In this document: one piece after another, positions 48,367 to 57,589 of the stretch
Layout of the letters: every line of letters starts with the position of its first letter
How positions within the stretch are numbered: position 1 is the first letter of the stretch
From: a virus
Length of the DNA: 64,000 nt
Strand: one strand, 5' to 3'
IMG/VR virus record: IMGVR_UViG_3300027741_000020
The notes under the pieces: model-generated
What the model was told of the DNA's origin: nothing
Database searches by the model: none
The model's input: only the letters and a program-made list of their open reading frames with translations
Position numbers and translations under genes: made by a program

Positions 48367-48976
48367 GCCATATTTTTGGGATGATAGATTGGCTAAATTA
48401 CCTATATGTGTAGATTTAGTTAAGAACTATCCACAAATAAAAAAAGAAGTATTAGCGTTTATATCTAACCCAGAAGCGCTACACGATTATCCAAAATACA
48501 AAATATACGGCAGCGATAATTACTTATATGAAAATTATTGGAAAGCTGTTCCTATATCCCGATTTAAAGATGAATACATTTCAGAAAATTCAAATGAGCA
48601 AGAAATGGAATTTATTAATGGTGTTATAGATAATGCAAAACAAAACTGTCCAACAATTCAAAACATAATTTCAAAATTAGAATCCGAAGGAAATTTAGCA
48701 AACTCATTTATTAGTAGATTGGTACCAGGTTCAATAATACATCCACATACGGGATGGGCACAAAATTGGATGCGTATTCATTTAGGATTAGTATGTGACC
48801 CAAAATGCGAAATAAAAGTTGGAGAAGAAACTAGAATTTGGAAAGAGGGAAAATTAATAGCATTTAAAGATGGCGGACCATATATGCACAGCGTTAAACA
48901 TAATGGAGAAACAGAAAGAATAATCTTATCAGTAGATATTTCTCTTGATTATATACAAAACTTTTTAAACAAATAA
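48320..48976 (+). CDS. aspartyl/asparaginyl beta-hydroxylase-family 2OG-Fe(II) dioxygenase (LpxO-like)
   Basis: SRLVPGSIIHPHTG...RIHLGL...W.EGK...F......H...H.G...RIIL.VD; likely start ATG 48320. Confidence 0.85.
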   Translation: MKRLLSMFRKRQVQTEPYFWDDRLAKLPICVDLVKNYPQIKKEVLAFISNPEALHDYPKYKIYGSDNYLYENYWKAVPISRFKDEYISENSNEQEMEFINGVIDNAKQNCPTIQNIISKLESEGNLANSFISRLVPGSIIHPHTGWAQNWMRIHLGLVCDPKCEIKVGEETRIWKEGKLIAFKDGGPYMHSVKHNGETERIILSVDISLDYIQNFLNK

Positions 48977-48982
48977 ATTACA

Positions 48983-49207
48983 ATGAGCAAAGAAATGATA
49001 AACGGGCCTGCGCACTATGGTGGAGCAGATAATCCGTATGAAGTAATAAAGGTATGCGAAGCATGGGGATTAGATATAGATGCCTACCTATTCAATGTAG
49101 TTAAATATGTGGCAAGAGCCGGTAAAAAAGACCCACAAAAGGAACTGGAAGACCTAAAAAAGGCAGAATTTTACCTACGAAGAAGAATAAATAAGATTGA
49201 AAAATAA
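48983..49207 (+). CDS. DUF3310 family protein
   Basis: INGPAHYGG...EVI...NVVKYVARAGKK...EDLKKA.FYL. Confidence 0.85.
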   Translation: MSKEMINGPAHYGGADNPYEVIKVCEAWGLDIDAYLFNVVKYVARAGKKDPQKELEDLKKAEFYLRRRINKIEK

Positions 49208-49208
49208 A

Positions 49209-49240
49209 TTTGGTAAAACCAATAATTTTTCGTAGATTTA
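49209..49240 (+). promoter_or_regulatory. Bacteroidota-type promoter of the SSB/RecA operon
   Basis: TTTG, 20 nt, then TAGATTTA (49233-49240). Confidence 0.6.
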
Positions 49241-49338
49241 CTATATCAAATGATAAAAAGGTTATATTTAGTAATAGAGATATTGCAATAAACCTCAAAC
49301 TTAAACTTAATTTTTAAACTTTAAAACAAACAACAAAA

Positions 49339-50196
49339 ATGGACATTTCATTAGCATTGAATCGCTTTAAAAGCCTTCAAAACACATCAAAGAAGTCTGA
49401 CTTAATTTGGAAGCCAGCAAACGGAAAATCACTTATTCGTATTGTTCCGTATAAGTTCAACAAAGACCTTCCTTTCATTGAACTTTATTTTCATTACAAC
49501 ATTAACAACAAAACTTATCTAAGTCCCGTTTCATTTGGTAGACCTGACCCAATCGTTGAGTTTGCAGAAAAACTTAAACGTACAGGCGATACCGATGATT
49601 GGAAAGCAGGTAAGAAAATGGAGCCGAAACTTCGTACATTTGTACCCGTAATTGTACGTGGTAAAGAAAACGAAGGAGTAAAGTTTTGGGGTTTTGGTAA
49701 GACTGTTTATCAGGACATATTAGGTTACATAGCGGATCCTGATTATGGGGATATTACTGACCCAAACAACGGTAGAGATATTGTGTTGGAAGTAACATCG
49801 GCTGAAGAATCGAACGCATCTTATCCTACGACCACAATCCGTGTTAAACCGGCAACTTCTAAGATACATTCCGATCCGGAAACTGTAAATGAGTTGATGA
49901 ACAATCAAAGAGAGATTACTGAATTATATTCAGAATTATCTTACGCAGAGTTAAAAACTATTCTTGAAAATTGGTTAAATCCATCGGCAGCAGCTGGTGA
50001 AGATGAAATCGTTGATGAATTAGAAGCACCAAAACCTGCAGCTAAAACCACTACAAATGTGGCACCTTTGAAATCTACTTTAGCAAAAGAGATTGAAGCA
50101 GGGCAGCTTTCAGATTTACCTTGGGAAAAGGAAGCAGCAAAACCAAAAGCAAAAGATGATGTAGCATCTGCTTTTGATGATTTATTCAATTCATAA
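49339..50196 (+). CDS. single-stranded DNA-binding protein (T4 gp32-like)
   Basis: WKP..GK..IRIVP...PF.ELYFHY; VKFWGFGKTVY..I; GDITDP..GRDI; acidic tail ending FDDLFNS. Confidence 0.88.
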   Translation: MDISLALNRFKSLQNTSKKSDLIWKPANGKSLIRIVPYKFNKDLPFIELYFHYNINNKTYLSPVSFGRPDPIVEFAEKLKRTGDTDDWKAGKKMEPKLRTFVPVIVRGKENEGVKFWGFGKTVYQDILGYIADPDYGDITDPNNGRDIVLEVTSAEESNASYPTTTIRVKPATSKIHSDPETVNELMNNQREITELYSELSYAELKTILENWLNPSAAAGEDEIVDELEAPKPAAKTTTNVAPLKSTLAKEIEAGQLSDLPWEKEAAKPKAKDDVASAFDDLFNS

Positions 50197-50210
50197 TTAA
50201 AACCAACTAA

Positions 50211-51317
50211 ATGGCCAAAAAAGTAGTAGATGACTTAGCAAGTATTCTTGCTGACTCCCTAAACAAGCAAAATAAAGAAGGTAAGATTGCATACTTTCTA
50301 ACAGGAGATGGCGGTGATGCTCCAACCAATGTAAAGGATTGGGTATCCACCGGAAACGCAATGTTAGATGTAGCAATATCAAACCGACCTTATGGTGGCT
50401 TGCCTGTTGGCCGTATTACAGAACTTACGGGTTTAGAGCAGAGTGGAAAATCTCTGCTCTCTGCCCATCTTCTGGCTGAAACACAAAAGAAGGGGGGTGT
50501 TGCGGTTTTAATAGATACGGAAACAGCAGTAAATAGAGATTTTTTAGAGGCATTAGGAATGGATATATCCAAACTCCTATATGTTTCAGTAGATACGGTA
50601 GAAGGTATCTTTGAGGCTTGTGAAACTATTATTGAGAAAGTAAGAACATCTGATAAAGATAGACTTGTAACAATCGTAGTAGATTCAGTAGCAGCAGCTT
50701 CTACATTAAAAGAATTGGATGCCGATTATGGTAAGGATGGGTATGCAACGGATAAGGCAATTATCATTTCCAAAGCAATGAGAAAGATAACCAATATGAT
50801 TGGTCGTCAAAGTATAGCATTAATATTCACAAATCAATTAAGACAGAAGATGAACGCAATGGCATTCTCTGACCCTTGGACAACATCGGGAGGTAAAGCA
50901 TTAGCATTCCACGCATCAGTTAGATTGAGATTAAAGAATATGGGTTCACTTAAAGCAGGAGATAGAATTGTAGGTATTAAAGTTAGAGCACAAGTAGTTA
51001 AGAATCGTATGGGACCACCATTAAGACACGCTGACTTTGAGATTTACTTTGATAGGGGAATTGATAACTATGGTAGTTGGCTTTCTCTAATGAAAGAAAA
51101 TAAAATTGTAAAGCAAGGCGGTGCTTGGTATGAATATACTGATACCGATACTGGTGAGATAATCAAATTCCAATCAAAAGATTTTTCAAAGATATTAGAA
51201 GATGAAGCATTGAAATCACAAATATATCTAAGGATATGTGAGGCAACAATATTACAATACAAATCAACAACGGATGAAGTTGAAATAACAACGGACGTAG
51301 CATATGAGTCAGATTAA
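50211..51317 (+). CDS. recA: RecA/UvsX recombinase
   Basis: GLPVGRITELTGLEQSGKS Walker A; IVVDSVAA; FTNQLR; TTSGGKALAFHASVRL. Confidence 0.96.
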   Translation: MAKKVVDDLASILADSLNKQNKEGKIAYFLTGDGGDAPTNVKDWVSTGNAMLDVAISNRPYGGLPVGRITELTGLEQSGKSLLSAHLLAETQKKGGVAVLIDTETAVNRDFLEALGMDISKLLYVSVDTVEGIFEACETIIEKVRTSDKDRLVTIVVDSVAAASTLKELDADYGKDGYATDKAIIISKAMRKITNMIGRQSIALIFTNQLRQKMNAMAFSDPWTTSGGKALAFHASVRLRLKNMGSLKAGDRIVGIKVRAQVVKNRMGPPLRHADFEIYFDRGIDNYGSWLSLMKENKIVKQGGAWYEYTDTDTGEIIKFQSKDFSKILEDEALKSQIYLRICEATILQYKSTTDEVEITTDVAYESD

Positions 51318-52362
51318 CAAAAAGTATTTAGATATACTAAAACAAATAGATGATGAACATAAGGAGTTTGGTGATTTACAAAGAAACACCAAAACATTGG
51401 TTATAGACGGTTTAAACACTTTTATTAGGTCTTGGTCAACAGCACCAAACCTTAATGATAATGGCGACCACATTGGAGGCATAGTCGGTACTTTAAAAAG
51501 TATCGGCTTCGCTATCCGAACACTCAACCCAACCAGAGTAGTTATCGTTTTTGATGGCAAAGGCGGCTCTAATTCCAGAAAGGAGATATTCGCAGGGTAC
51601 AAATCCGAAAGAGGTAAGAATAAGATTAAAATGAGGTTAAATCGTGCATACGAAGACCTTATGAATGCAGAAGAAGAAAGCGCATCAATGAAACGTCAAA
51701 TGCATGCACTTGGTGAATTACTATCATGTTTGCCCGTTAGTATAATGATTTACGATGGGATTGAGGCTGATGATGTTATGGCTTACATAGCAACAACGCT
51801 TCGTAAAGAAAATGAGAAAGTGATACTAATGAGCTCAGATAAGGACTTCCTACAATTAGTTAATAAAGATGTAAGTGTATATTCGCCTTCTAAAAAGAAA
51901 ATCTATAATATAGATGAAGTAGTAGAGGAATTTGGAATACACCCACATAACTTCATTAATTTTCGTATGGTAGATGGTGATAAATCTGATAATGTTGGCG
52001 GAGTGAATGGATTAGGGCTTAAAACAATTATCAAATCGTTTCCGATATTAACAGAATCAAAAGTACATACTACTGATACAATGGTAGAATATGTAAACTC
52101 ACTACCTAAAAAAACAAAAGCTCACGAATTATTCTTAAATAATTTGGAAATTTGCGAAAGAAATCGTAAATTGATGCAATTATCGGAGCCAGAGTTTAGT
52201 GGAAATCTTCGTATGAAAATTATGGATAGATACAATGAACCAACTGTAAAGTTTGATAAGCAATCATTCTTAAAGTTTGGTTTGAAAAACAAAGTTATAG
52301 ACGGATTTAAAGATATTAATGATTGGCTAAAAAGCACATTCTCACATCTTGTAAAATTTTAA
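51304..52362 (+). CDS. 5'-3' exonuclease / RNase H (FEN-like)
   Basis: LVIDGLNTFIR; VFDGKGG..R; YK..R; EADDV; SSDKDFLQL; GDKSDNV.GV.GLGLKT. Confidence 0.93.
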   Translation: MSQINKKYLDILKQIDDEHKEFGDLQRNTKTLVIDGLNTFIRSWSTAPNLNDNGDHIGGIVGTLKSIGFAIRTLNPTRVVIVFDGKGGSNSRKEIFAGYKSERGKNKIKMRLNRAYEDLMNAEEESASMKRQMHALGELLSCLPVSIMIYDGIEADDVMAYIATTLRKENEKVILMSSDKDFLQLVNKDVSVYSPSKKKIYNIDEVVEEFGIHPHNFINFRMVDGDKSDNVGGVNGLGLKTIIKSFPILTESKVHTTDTMVEYVNSLPKKTKAHELFLNNLEICERNRKLMQLSEPEFSGNLRMKIMDRYNEPTVKFDKQSFLKFGLKNKVIDGFKDINDWLKSTFSHLVKF

Positions 52363-52381
52363 AAACAAAAAACAATAATTT

Positions 52382-52687
52382 ATGGCAGACAAATTAGCAA
52401 AACCTATTGGAGATAGAGTTCTCCTTACGGAAATCGAAGTAACAGAAACAAAAACAGCAACCGGAATTATCATCCCAGATTCTGTAAGACAAGAGGATGT
52501 TAAAAGAGCAATTGTAGAAGCAATTGGCGATGGTATTTACACACAATCAGGAACACTTATTCCTATGAATGTAAAAGTTGGTGATGAAGTAATCTTACCA
52601 CCATATCATCAGGGACAAGAAATTAAAATCGCAGGTAAAAAATATACCTTATTAAGAGAATCCGAAATATTAATGATTATTTTTTAA
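52382..52687 (+). CDS. groES: co-chaperonin GroES
   Basis: KPIGDRVLL...KTATGIIIPD...V.A.G.G...VKVGDEV...LRESEIL. Confidence 0.95.
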   Translation: MADKLAKPIGDRVLLTEIEVTETKTATGIIIPDSVRQEDVKRAIVEAIGDGIYTQSGTLIPMNVKVGDEVILPPYHQGQEIKIAGKKYTLLRESEILMIIF

Positions 52688-52707
52688 CTAAAACAAAACA
52701 TGGAATT

Positions 52708-52953
52708 ATGAAGTGTATTAAAGCAATTAGAGCAACAAAGCATTCAGCAGTAGGTGATATTAAACGAGTAACCGAAGTTGAAGCAGATGAGAAAGTAAGT
52801 ACGGGCTATTGGAAATTTATTCCTAAGATGGAATGGAAATCGGCGACACGTAACAAAATCGTAAAAGTAGAAGTAGTTACGGAAACGCAACCAGAAAATG
52901 TAGAAGGTAAGACTAAATTTAAGAAAGGAAATAAAAACAAAAGGAGTAATTAA
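52708..52953 (+). CDS. small basic hypothetical protein
   Basis: 81-aa ORF; W..IPK.EWK pattern; coupled to the helicase gene. Confidence 0.5.
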   Translation: MKCIKAIRATKHSAVGDIKRVTEVEADEKVSTGYWKFIPKMEWKSATRNKIVKVEVVTETQPENVEGKTKFKKGNKNKRSN

Positions 52954-54311
52954 TGGAAGCAGTAGATACACTAGTCAAATATGGCCAATCGTATCAATCT
53001 AAAGTAGTAGCTTCCTTAATATCAGATGTAAAGTTTCTTGAACAAGTTTACGAAATCACCAAACCTGCATTTTTTGAATCCGAAGCAAACCGATGGATTA
53101 TAGATATGGTGCTACAATACTTTTCGGAGTATCGTACAATACCAACGATGGAGGTTTTTAAAATCAAAACTGGCGAAATAGAGGATAAAGTCCTAAAGCA
53201 AACGGTTGTAGAACAATTAAAAAATGTTTATCAGCAAATTGGCTCAGAGGAATTACCATATGTTAGAAAAGAGTTTTTAACATTCGCTAAAAATCAAAAA
53301 GTAAAAGAAGCATTATTTCAATCCGTAGACCTCCTAAAAGCAGGTAATTATGATAAGATTATAGATACAATGATGGCAGCATCAAAGGTAGGAGTAGAAT
53401 CCGATTTAGGTTTGGATTATATTCAAAACTTTGAATCTATAATGGATAATGTAAAACGTGACTCCTGTCCGACTGGGTGGGATGTTATTGATGAATTAAT
53501 GGATGGTGGACTCGGACCCGGTGAGTTGGGAGTTGTAATGGCGCCCTCCGGCATTGGTAAGAGTTGGTTTCTCTCAAAGATTGCATGTGCGGCTTTGCAG
53601 AAAGGAATGGACGTACTACATTATACTTTGGAATTATCCGAAAGTTATGTAGGACAAAGATATACAACAATCCTCACAGGCATTCAGACATCGGAGCATT
53701 TACAAAGAAAGGACGAGATTATTCGTAGGATTAAAGCAATGCCAGGTAGAGTTCGTATCAAATATTATCCACCACAATTCGCATCAGCCAAAACAATAGC
53801 AGCTCATATTGAGAAGATAAGAGCAACCGGATTCAAACCCGCTCTAATAATCATTGACTACGCTGACCTTCTCAAATCTGGCAATAGAGGTGGTGATGGG
53901 TTATACGCTGAATTGGGTGGAATATACGAAGAATTACGTGGGTTAAGTGGTGAAGCAGGAATACCTGTTTGGACAGCAACTCAAACGAATAGAGCAGCAA
54001 TTGACCACGAGGTTATTCAGGCGGATTCAGTTGGTGACTCGTATAAGAAAGTTCAAACCGCTGATTTCATAATGAGTGTTAGTAGAAAAACAAAAGATAA
54101 GTTATCAAAGACCGGTCGTATTCATATTGTAAAGAATAGGTTTGGACCAGATGGACTAACCTTTCCAGCAAAGATTGATACCTATCACGGTATTATGGAT
54201 GTATTCGCAGAAAACTCCGCTGATGGTCAAATGGCAACAAAAGAGAGTAAGAATGGTGAGGGATTGGAAAAAAAGTTACTACATAAAAAGTATGTAGAAA
54301 ATATGGGTTAA
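52953..54311 (+). CDS. dnaB: DnaB-like replicative helicase (gp41-like)
   Basis: MAPSGIGKS Walker A; YTLEL; IIIDYADL; VWTATQTNR; KNRFG.DG. Confidence 0.95.
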   Translation: MEAVDTLVKYGQSYQSKVVASLISDVKFLEQVYEITKPAFFESEANRWIIDMVLQYFSEYRTIPTMEVFKIKTGEIEDKVLKQTVVEQLKNVYQQIGSEELPYVRKEFLTFAKNQKVKEALFQSVDLLKAGNYDKIIDTMMAASKVGVESDLGLDYIQNFESIMDNVKRDSCPTGWDVIDELMDGGLGPGELGVVMAPSGIGKSWFLSKIACAALQKGMDVLHYTLELSESYVGQRYTTILTGIQTSEHLQRKDEIIRRIKAMPGRVRIKYYPPQFASAKTIAAHIEKIRATGFKPALIIIDYADLLKSGNRGGDGLYAELGGIYEELRGLSGEAGIPVWTATQTNRAAIDHEVIQADSVGDSYKKVQTADFIMSVSRKTKDKLSKTGRIHIVKNRFGPDGLTFPAKIDTYHGIMDVFAENSADGQMATKESKNGEGLEKKLLHKKYVENMG

Positions 54312-54355
54312 TAAGTATTAGATTTTAAAAAAAATAATTACTAAAAAACCACATT

Positions 54356-54429
54356 TTTTTCAAAGAAAACCAGAGTGTTTAGTTAAATAGTTAATATTTA
54401 TCTTTACATTTTCTGGTTTTCCTGAAAAA
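54356..54429 (+). repeat. 18-bp inverted repeat upstream of the RNR gene
   Basis: tttttcaagaaaaccaga (54356-54373) / tctggttttcctgaaaaa (54412-54429), one mismatch; ATATTTAT lies in the loop. Confidence 0.8.
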
Positions 54430-54466
54430 TATTATACACACTTAAAATAAAAAAATTACAAACAAA

Positions 54467-56323
54467 ATGGACATTTCACAAAAAATTTTATCAGAAATTA
54501 CAGTCTATATGAAGTATGCAAAGTATAGACCTGAATTACAAAGACGTGAGACTTGGTATGAGTTGGTTACGCGTAATATGGAAATGCATATAAAAAAATA
54601 CCCAAAATTAGAGCAAGAGATTAGAGAGAATTACAAATTTGTATATGATAAAAAAGTATTACCATCGATGCGTTCAATGCAGTTCGCAGGTAAACCAATT
54701 GAAATCAGTCCTAATCGTATCTACAATTGTGCATTTGCACCGATTGATGATTGGAGAGTATTCGCAGAAATTATGTTTCTACTTTTAGGTGGAACGGGGG
54801 TTGGATATTCGGTACAAAAACACCACGTAGAACAATTGCCAGAAATCAGAAAGCCAAACGCAGATAAGACTAGACGTTTCCTTATTGGAGATAGTATTGA
54901 AGGTTGGGCAGATGCTATATCGGTATTAGTTAAAGCATACTTCTATGGTGGAAGTAAGCCGGTATTTGATTTCAGAGATATTAGACCAAAAGGAGCAAGG
55001 CTTGTAACATCAGGCGGTAAAGCACCAGGACCACAACCACTTAAAGAATGCTTAATCAAATTAGAAGGTATTTTAGAAAGTAAAAATGATGGTGATAAGT
55101 TAAGACCTATTGAAGTACATGATATGGTTTGCCACATTGCCGATGCGGTATTAGCAGGCGGTATTCGTAGAGCAGCACTTATTTCTCTATTCAGCGCATC
55201 TGATGATGAAATGATTAGTTGTAAGAGTGGTGCATGGTGGGAAACGAACCCACAAAGAGGTCGGGCTAATAACTCCGTTTCTCTAATGAGACACAAAATG
55301 ACAAAGGAATACTTTATGGATTTGTGGAAGCGGATTGAAGCAAGTGGAGCAGGTGAACCTGGCATCTATCTTTCAAACGATAAAGATTGGGGAACTAATC
55401 CATGTTGTGAGATTGCATTAAGACCTTTCCAATTCTGCAATCTATGCGAAGTGAATGTATCCGATGTTGTAGACCAAACCGATCTTAATGAGAGAGTTAA
55501 AGCAGCATCATTCATTGGTACATTGCAAGCCGGCTATACCGACTTCCACTATCTTCGTCCAATATGGCAGAGAACAACTGAAAAGGATGCACTTATTGGA
55601 GTATCAATGACTGGTATTGGAAGTGGTGCAGTTCTTAAATTGAATATGAAAGAGGCTGCAAGGGTAGTTAAAGAAGAAAACGCAAGAGTTGCAATAGAGT
55701 TGGACATCAATGTTTCAGCAAGAACAACAACTGTAAAGCCAGCAGGAACTACATCATTAACATTAGGTACATCATCAGGCATTCACGCTTGGCACAACGA
55801 TTACTACATTCGTAGAGTAAGAGTAGGTAAGAATGAATCAATTTATACACATTTAGCAATTCATCATCCAGAATTAATTGAAGATGAATATTTCCGACCA
55901 CATGATACGGCAGTAATTGGTATTCCACAAATGGCACCTGAAAATGCTATCCTTCGTAGTGAATCGCCAATTCAATTATTGGAAAGGGTTAAAAGAGTAC
56001 ATCACGAATGGATAAAACCTGGGCATAGAGGTGGAAGTAATACCCATAACGTATCAGCAACGGTTTCAATCCGTGAGCATGAGTGGAAAGCAGTTGGTGA
56101 ATGGATGTGGGAAAATAAAGAATTTTACAACGGTTTATCGGTATTGCCATATGACGGTGGTTCTTATATACAAGCTCCTTTTACTGACTGTACAGAGGAA
56201 GAATATGAAAAACTCATGTCAACTCTTACGGATATTGATTTATCAAAAGTAGTGGAACTGGATGATGAGACAGACTTATCCGGAGAACTTGCGTGTTCTG
56301 GCGGGGCATGCGAAATAAAATAA
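54467..56323 (+). CDS. nrdJ: class II (adenosylcobalamin-dependent) ribonucleotide reductase
   Basis: LPSMRSMQFAG, YNCAF, GGTGVG, GGIRRAA, TNPCCEI, CNLCE, TTVKPAGT, C-terminal ACSGGACE; no beta subunit nearby. Confidence 0.92.
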   Translation: MDISQKILSEITVYMKYAKYRPELQRRETWYELVTRNMEMHIKKYPKLEQEIRENYKFVYDKKVLPSMRSMQFAGKPIEISPNRIYNCAFAPIDDWRVFAEIMFLLLGGTGVGYSVQKHHVEQLPEIRKPNADKTRRFLIGDSIEGWADAISVLVKAYFYGGSKPVFDFRDIRPKGARLVTSGGKAPGPQPLKECLIKLEGILESKNDGDKLRPIEVHDMVCHIADAVLAGGIRRAALISLFSASDDEMISCKSGAWWETNPQRGRANNSVSLMRHKMTKEYFMDLWKRIEASGAGEPGIYLSNDKDWGTNPCCEIALRPFQFCNLCEVNVSDVVDQTDLNERVKAASFIGTLQAGYTDFHYLRPIWQRTTEKDALIGVSMTGIGSGAVLKLNMKEAARVVKEENARVAIELDINVSARTTTVKPAGTTSLTLGTSSGIHAWHNDYYIRRVRVGKNESIYTHLAIHHPELIEDEYFRPHDTAVIGIPQMAPENAILRSESPIQLLERVKRVHHEWIKPGHRGGSNTHNVSATVSIREHEWKAVGEWMWENKEFYNGLSVLPYDGGSYIQAPFTDCTEEEYEKLMSTLTDIDLSKVVELDDETDLSGELACSGGACEIK

Positions 56324-56324
56324 T

Positions 56325-56516
56325 TTGAAAAAAGAATATATAGAGATGGTACACTACTATTTAGAAAATGGTAAGATTGTATTCACCGAACAATATCATA
56401 AGGAGCGTGGGTGGTGCTGTGGAAATAAATGCAGACACTGCCCATATCATCCTATTCATCAAAAAGGAAATCAAATTTTATGGCAAGCAACGAATCAACA
56501 AAACACAAAGAGTTGA
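56325..56516 (+). CDS. DUF5522-like small Cys-rich protein
   Basis: YYLENG..VFT..YH..RG.CCGN.CRHCPY. Confidence 0.8.
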   Translation: MKKEYIEMVHYYLENGKIVFTEQYHKERGWCCGNKCRHCPYHPIHQKGNQILWQATNQQNTKS

Positions 56517-57208
56517 CGGAAAAAATTAGAGAACAAAAGCAAGGTCCTAAAGGTCCAATTAAGTTTCAACTACAATTAAACGATGAGCAAAAAATTGCAA
56601 AAGATAAAATACTAAGTAATGCTATTACGGTATTGAGTGGTAAAGCCGGTAGTGGTAAAACGTTATTAGCATGCCAGGTTGCATTGGATTTATTATTTAA
56701 GAAATCAATTCAAAAAATCGTTATCACAAGACCAACCGTAAGTAAAGAAGAAATCGGTTTTTTACCTGGTGACCTTCGTGAGAAAATGGAACCCTGGATG
56801 CAACCAATCTATTCAAACTTTTACCAACTCTACAATAGAGAAAAAATTGATGAAATTATTGAAAATGGTACGGTTGAAATTGTACCTGTAGCATTTATGA
56901 GAGGACGTACATTTTTGGATAGTTTTATTATTGTAGATGAGGCCCAAAACTGCACACACGACCAAATGGAAATGATTACTTCTCGTTTGGGGGTTCGTAG
57001 TAAAATGGTTATATGTGGTGATACACAACAAGTGGATTTAAAATCGCGTGGTGAAAGTGGATTTAAGTTTTTACTATCGGCGGCTAGACGTGTTAAAGAT
57101 ATGGAATCAATGACATTGCTTACAAATCATAGACACTCAATAGTAGATGCTCTATTGGAAGAATATGATAAATTTAAACAAGAACAAGAGCAATTTAAAA
57201 AGAAATAA
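56480..57208 (+). CDS. phoH: PhoH-family ATPase
   Basis: GKAGSGKT; ITRP; GFLPGDLREK..PW; FMRGRTF; DEAQN; GDTQQ.D; HRH. Likely start ATG 56480. Confidence 0.95.
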   Translation: MASNESTKHKELTEKIREQKQGPKGPIKFQLQLNDEQKIAKDKILSNAITVLSGKAGSGKTLLACQVALDLLFKKSIQKIVITRPTVSKEEIGFLPGDLREKMEPWMQPIYSNFYQLYNREKIDEIIENGTVEIVPVAFMRGRTFLDSFIIVDEAQNCTHDQMEMITSRLGVRSKMVICGDTQQVDLKSRGESGFKFLLSAARRVKDMESMTLLTNHRHSIVDALLEEYDKFKQEQEQFKKK

Positions 57209-57311
57209 TAGATATGAGTATGATAAAACTAAGAATAGCTATAAAGAAGCTGTACATGCCTTAGATAATATAATACAAGAAAATAAATTATAATAAATAA
57301 ATAAATAAATT

Positions 57312-57575
57312 ATGTTAGTAGTTAAAAAGTTTTCCGCAACATATTGTGGACCGTGTAGAGCATTGGCACCAGTAATGAACGAAATAAAAAGCCAATTTAG
57401 TGGTGTGAAATTTGAGGAATACGATGTTGATAATTTTCCTCATGTAGCAGAAAAATGCCGAGTAAGTTCAGTTCCTACCGTAATCATTGAGAAAGACGGT
57501 TTAGAATTAGAAAGATTTACCGGATTATCTTCAAAGATGGCATACATCAATGCAATTAACGAAAGATTAAAATAA
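57312..57575 (+). CDS. trxA: thioredoxin
   Basis: FSATYCGPCR; V.SVPT. Confidence 0.93.
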   Translation: MLVVKKFSATYCGPCRALAPVMNEIKSQFSGVKFEEYDVDNFPHVAEKCRVSSVPTVIIEKDGLELERFTGLSSKMAYINAINERLK

Positions 57576-57589
57576 TAATATATATTGTT

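Noticed and set aside
54312-54466. Cobalamin riboswitch upstream of the class II RNR
   Set aside because: The region is short and AT-rich and lacks the conserved B12-box/GGGAA elements; only the inverted repeat is kept as a finding.
57164-57292. Possible 42-aa +1-frame ORF overlapping the end of phoH
   Set aside because: Short, no motif and no independent initiation signal; it cannot be supported from sequence alone.
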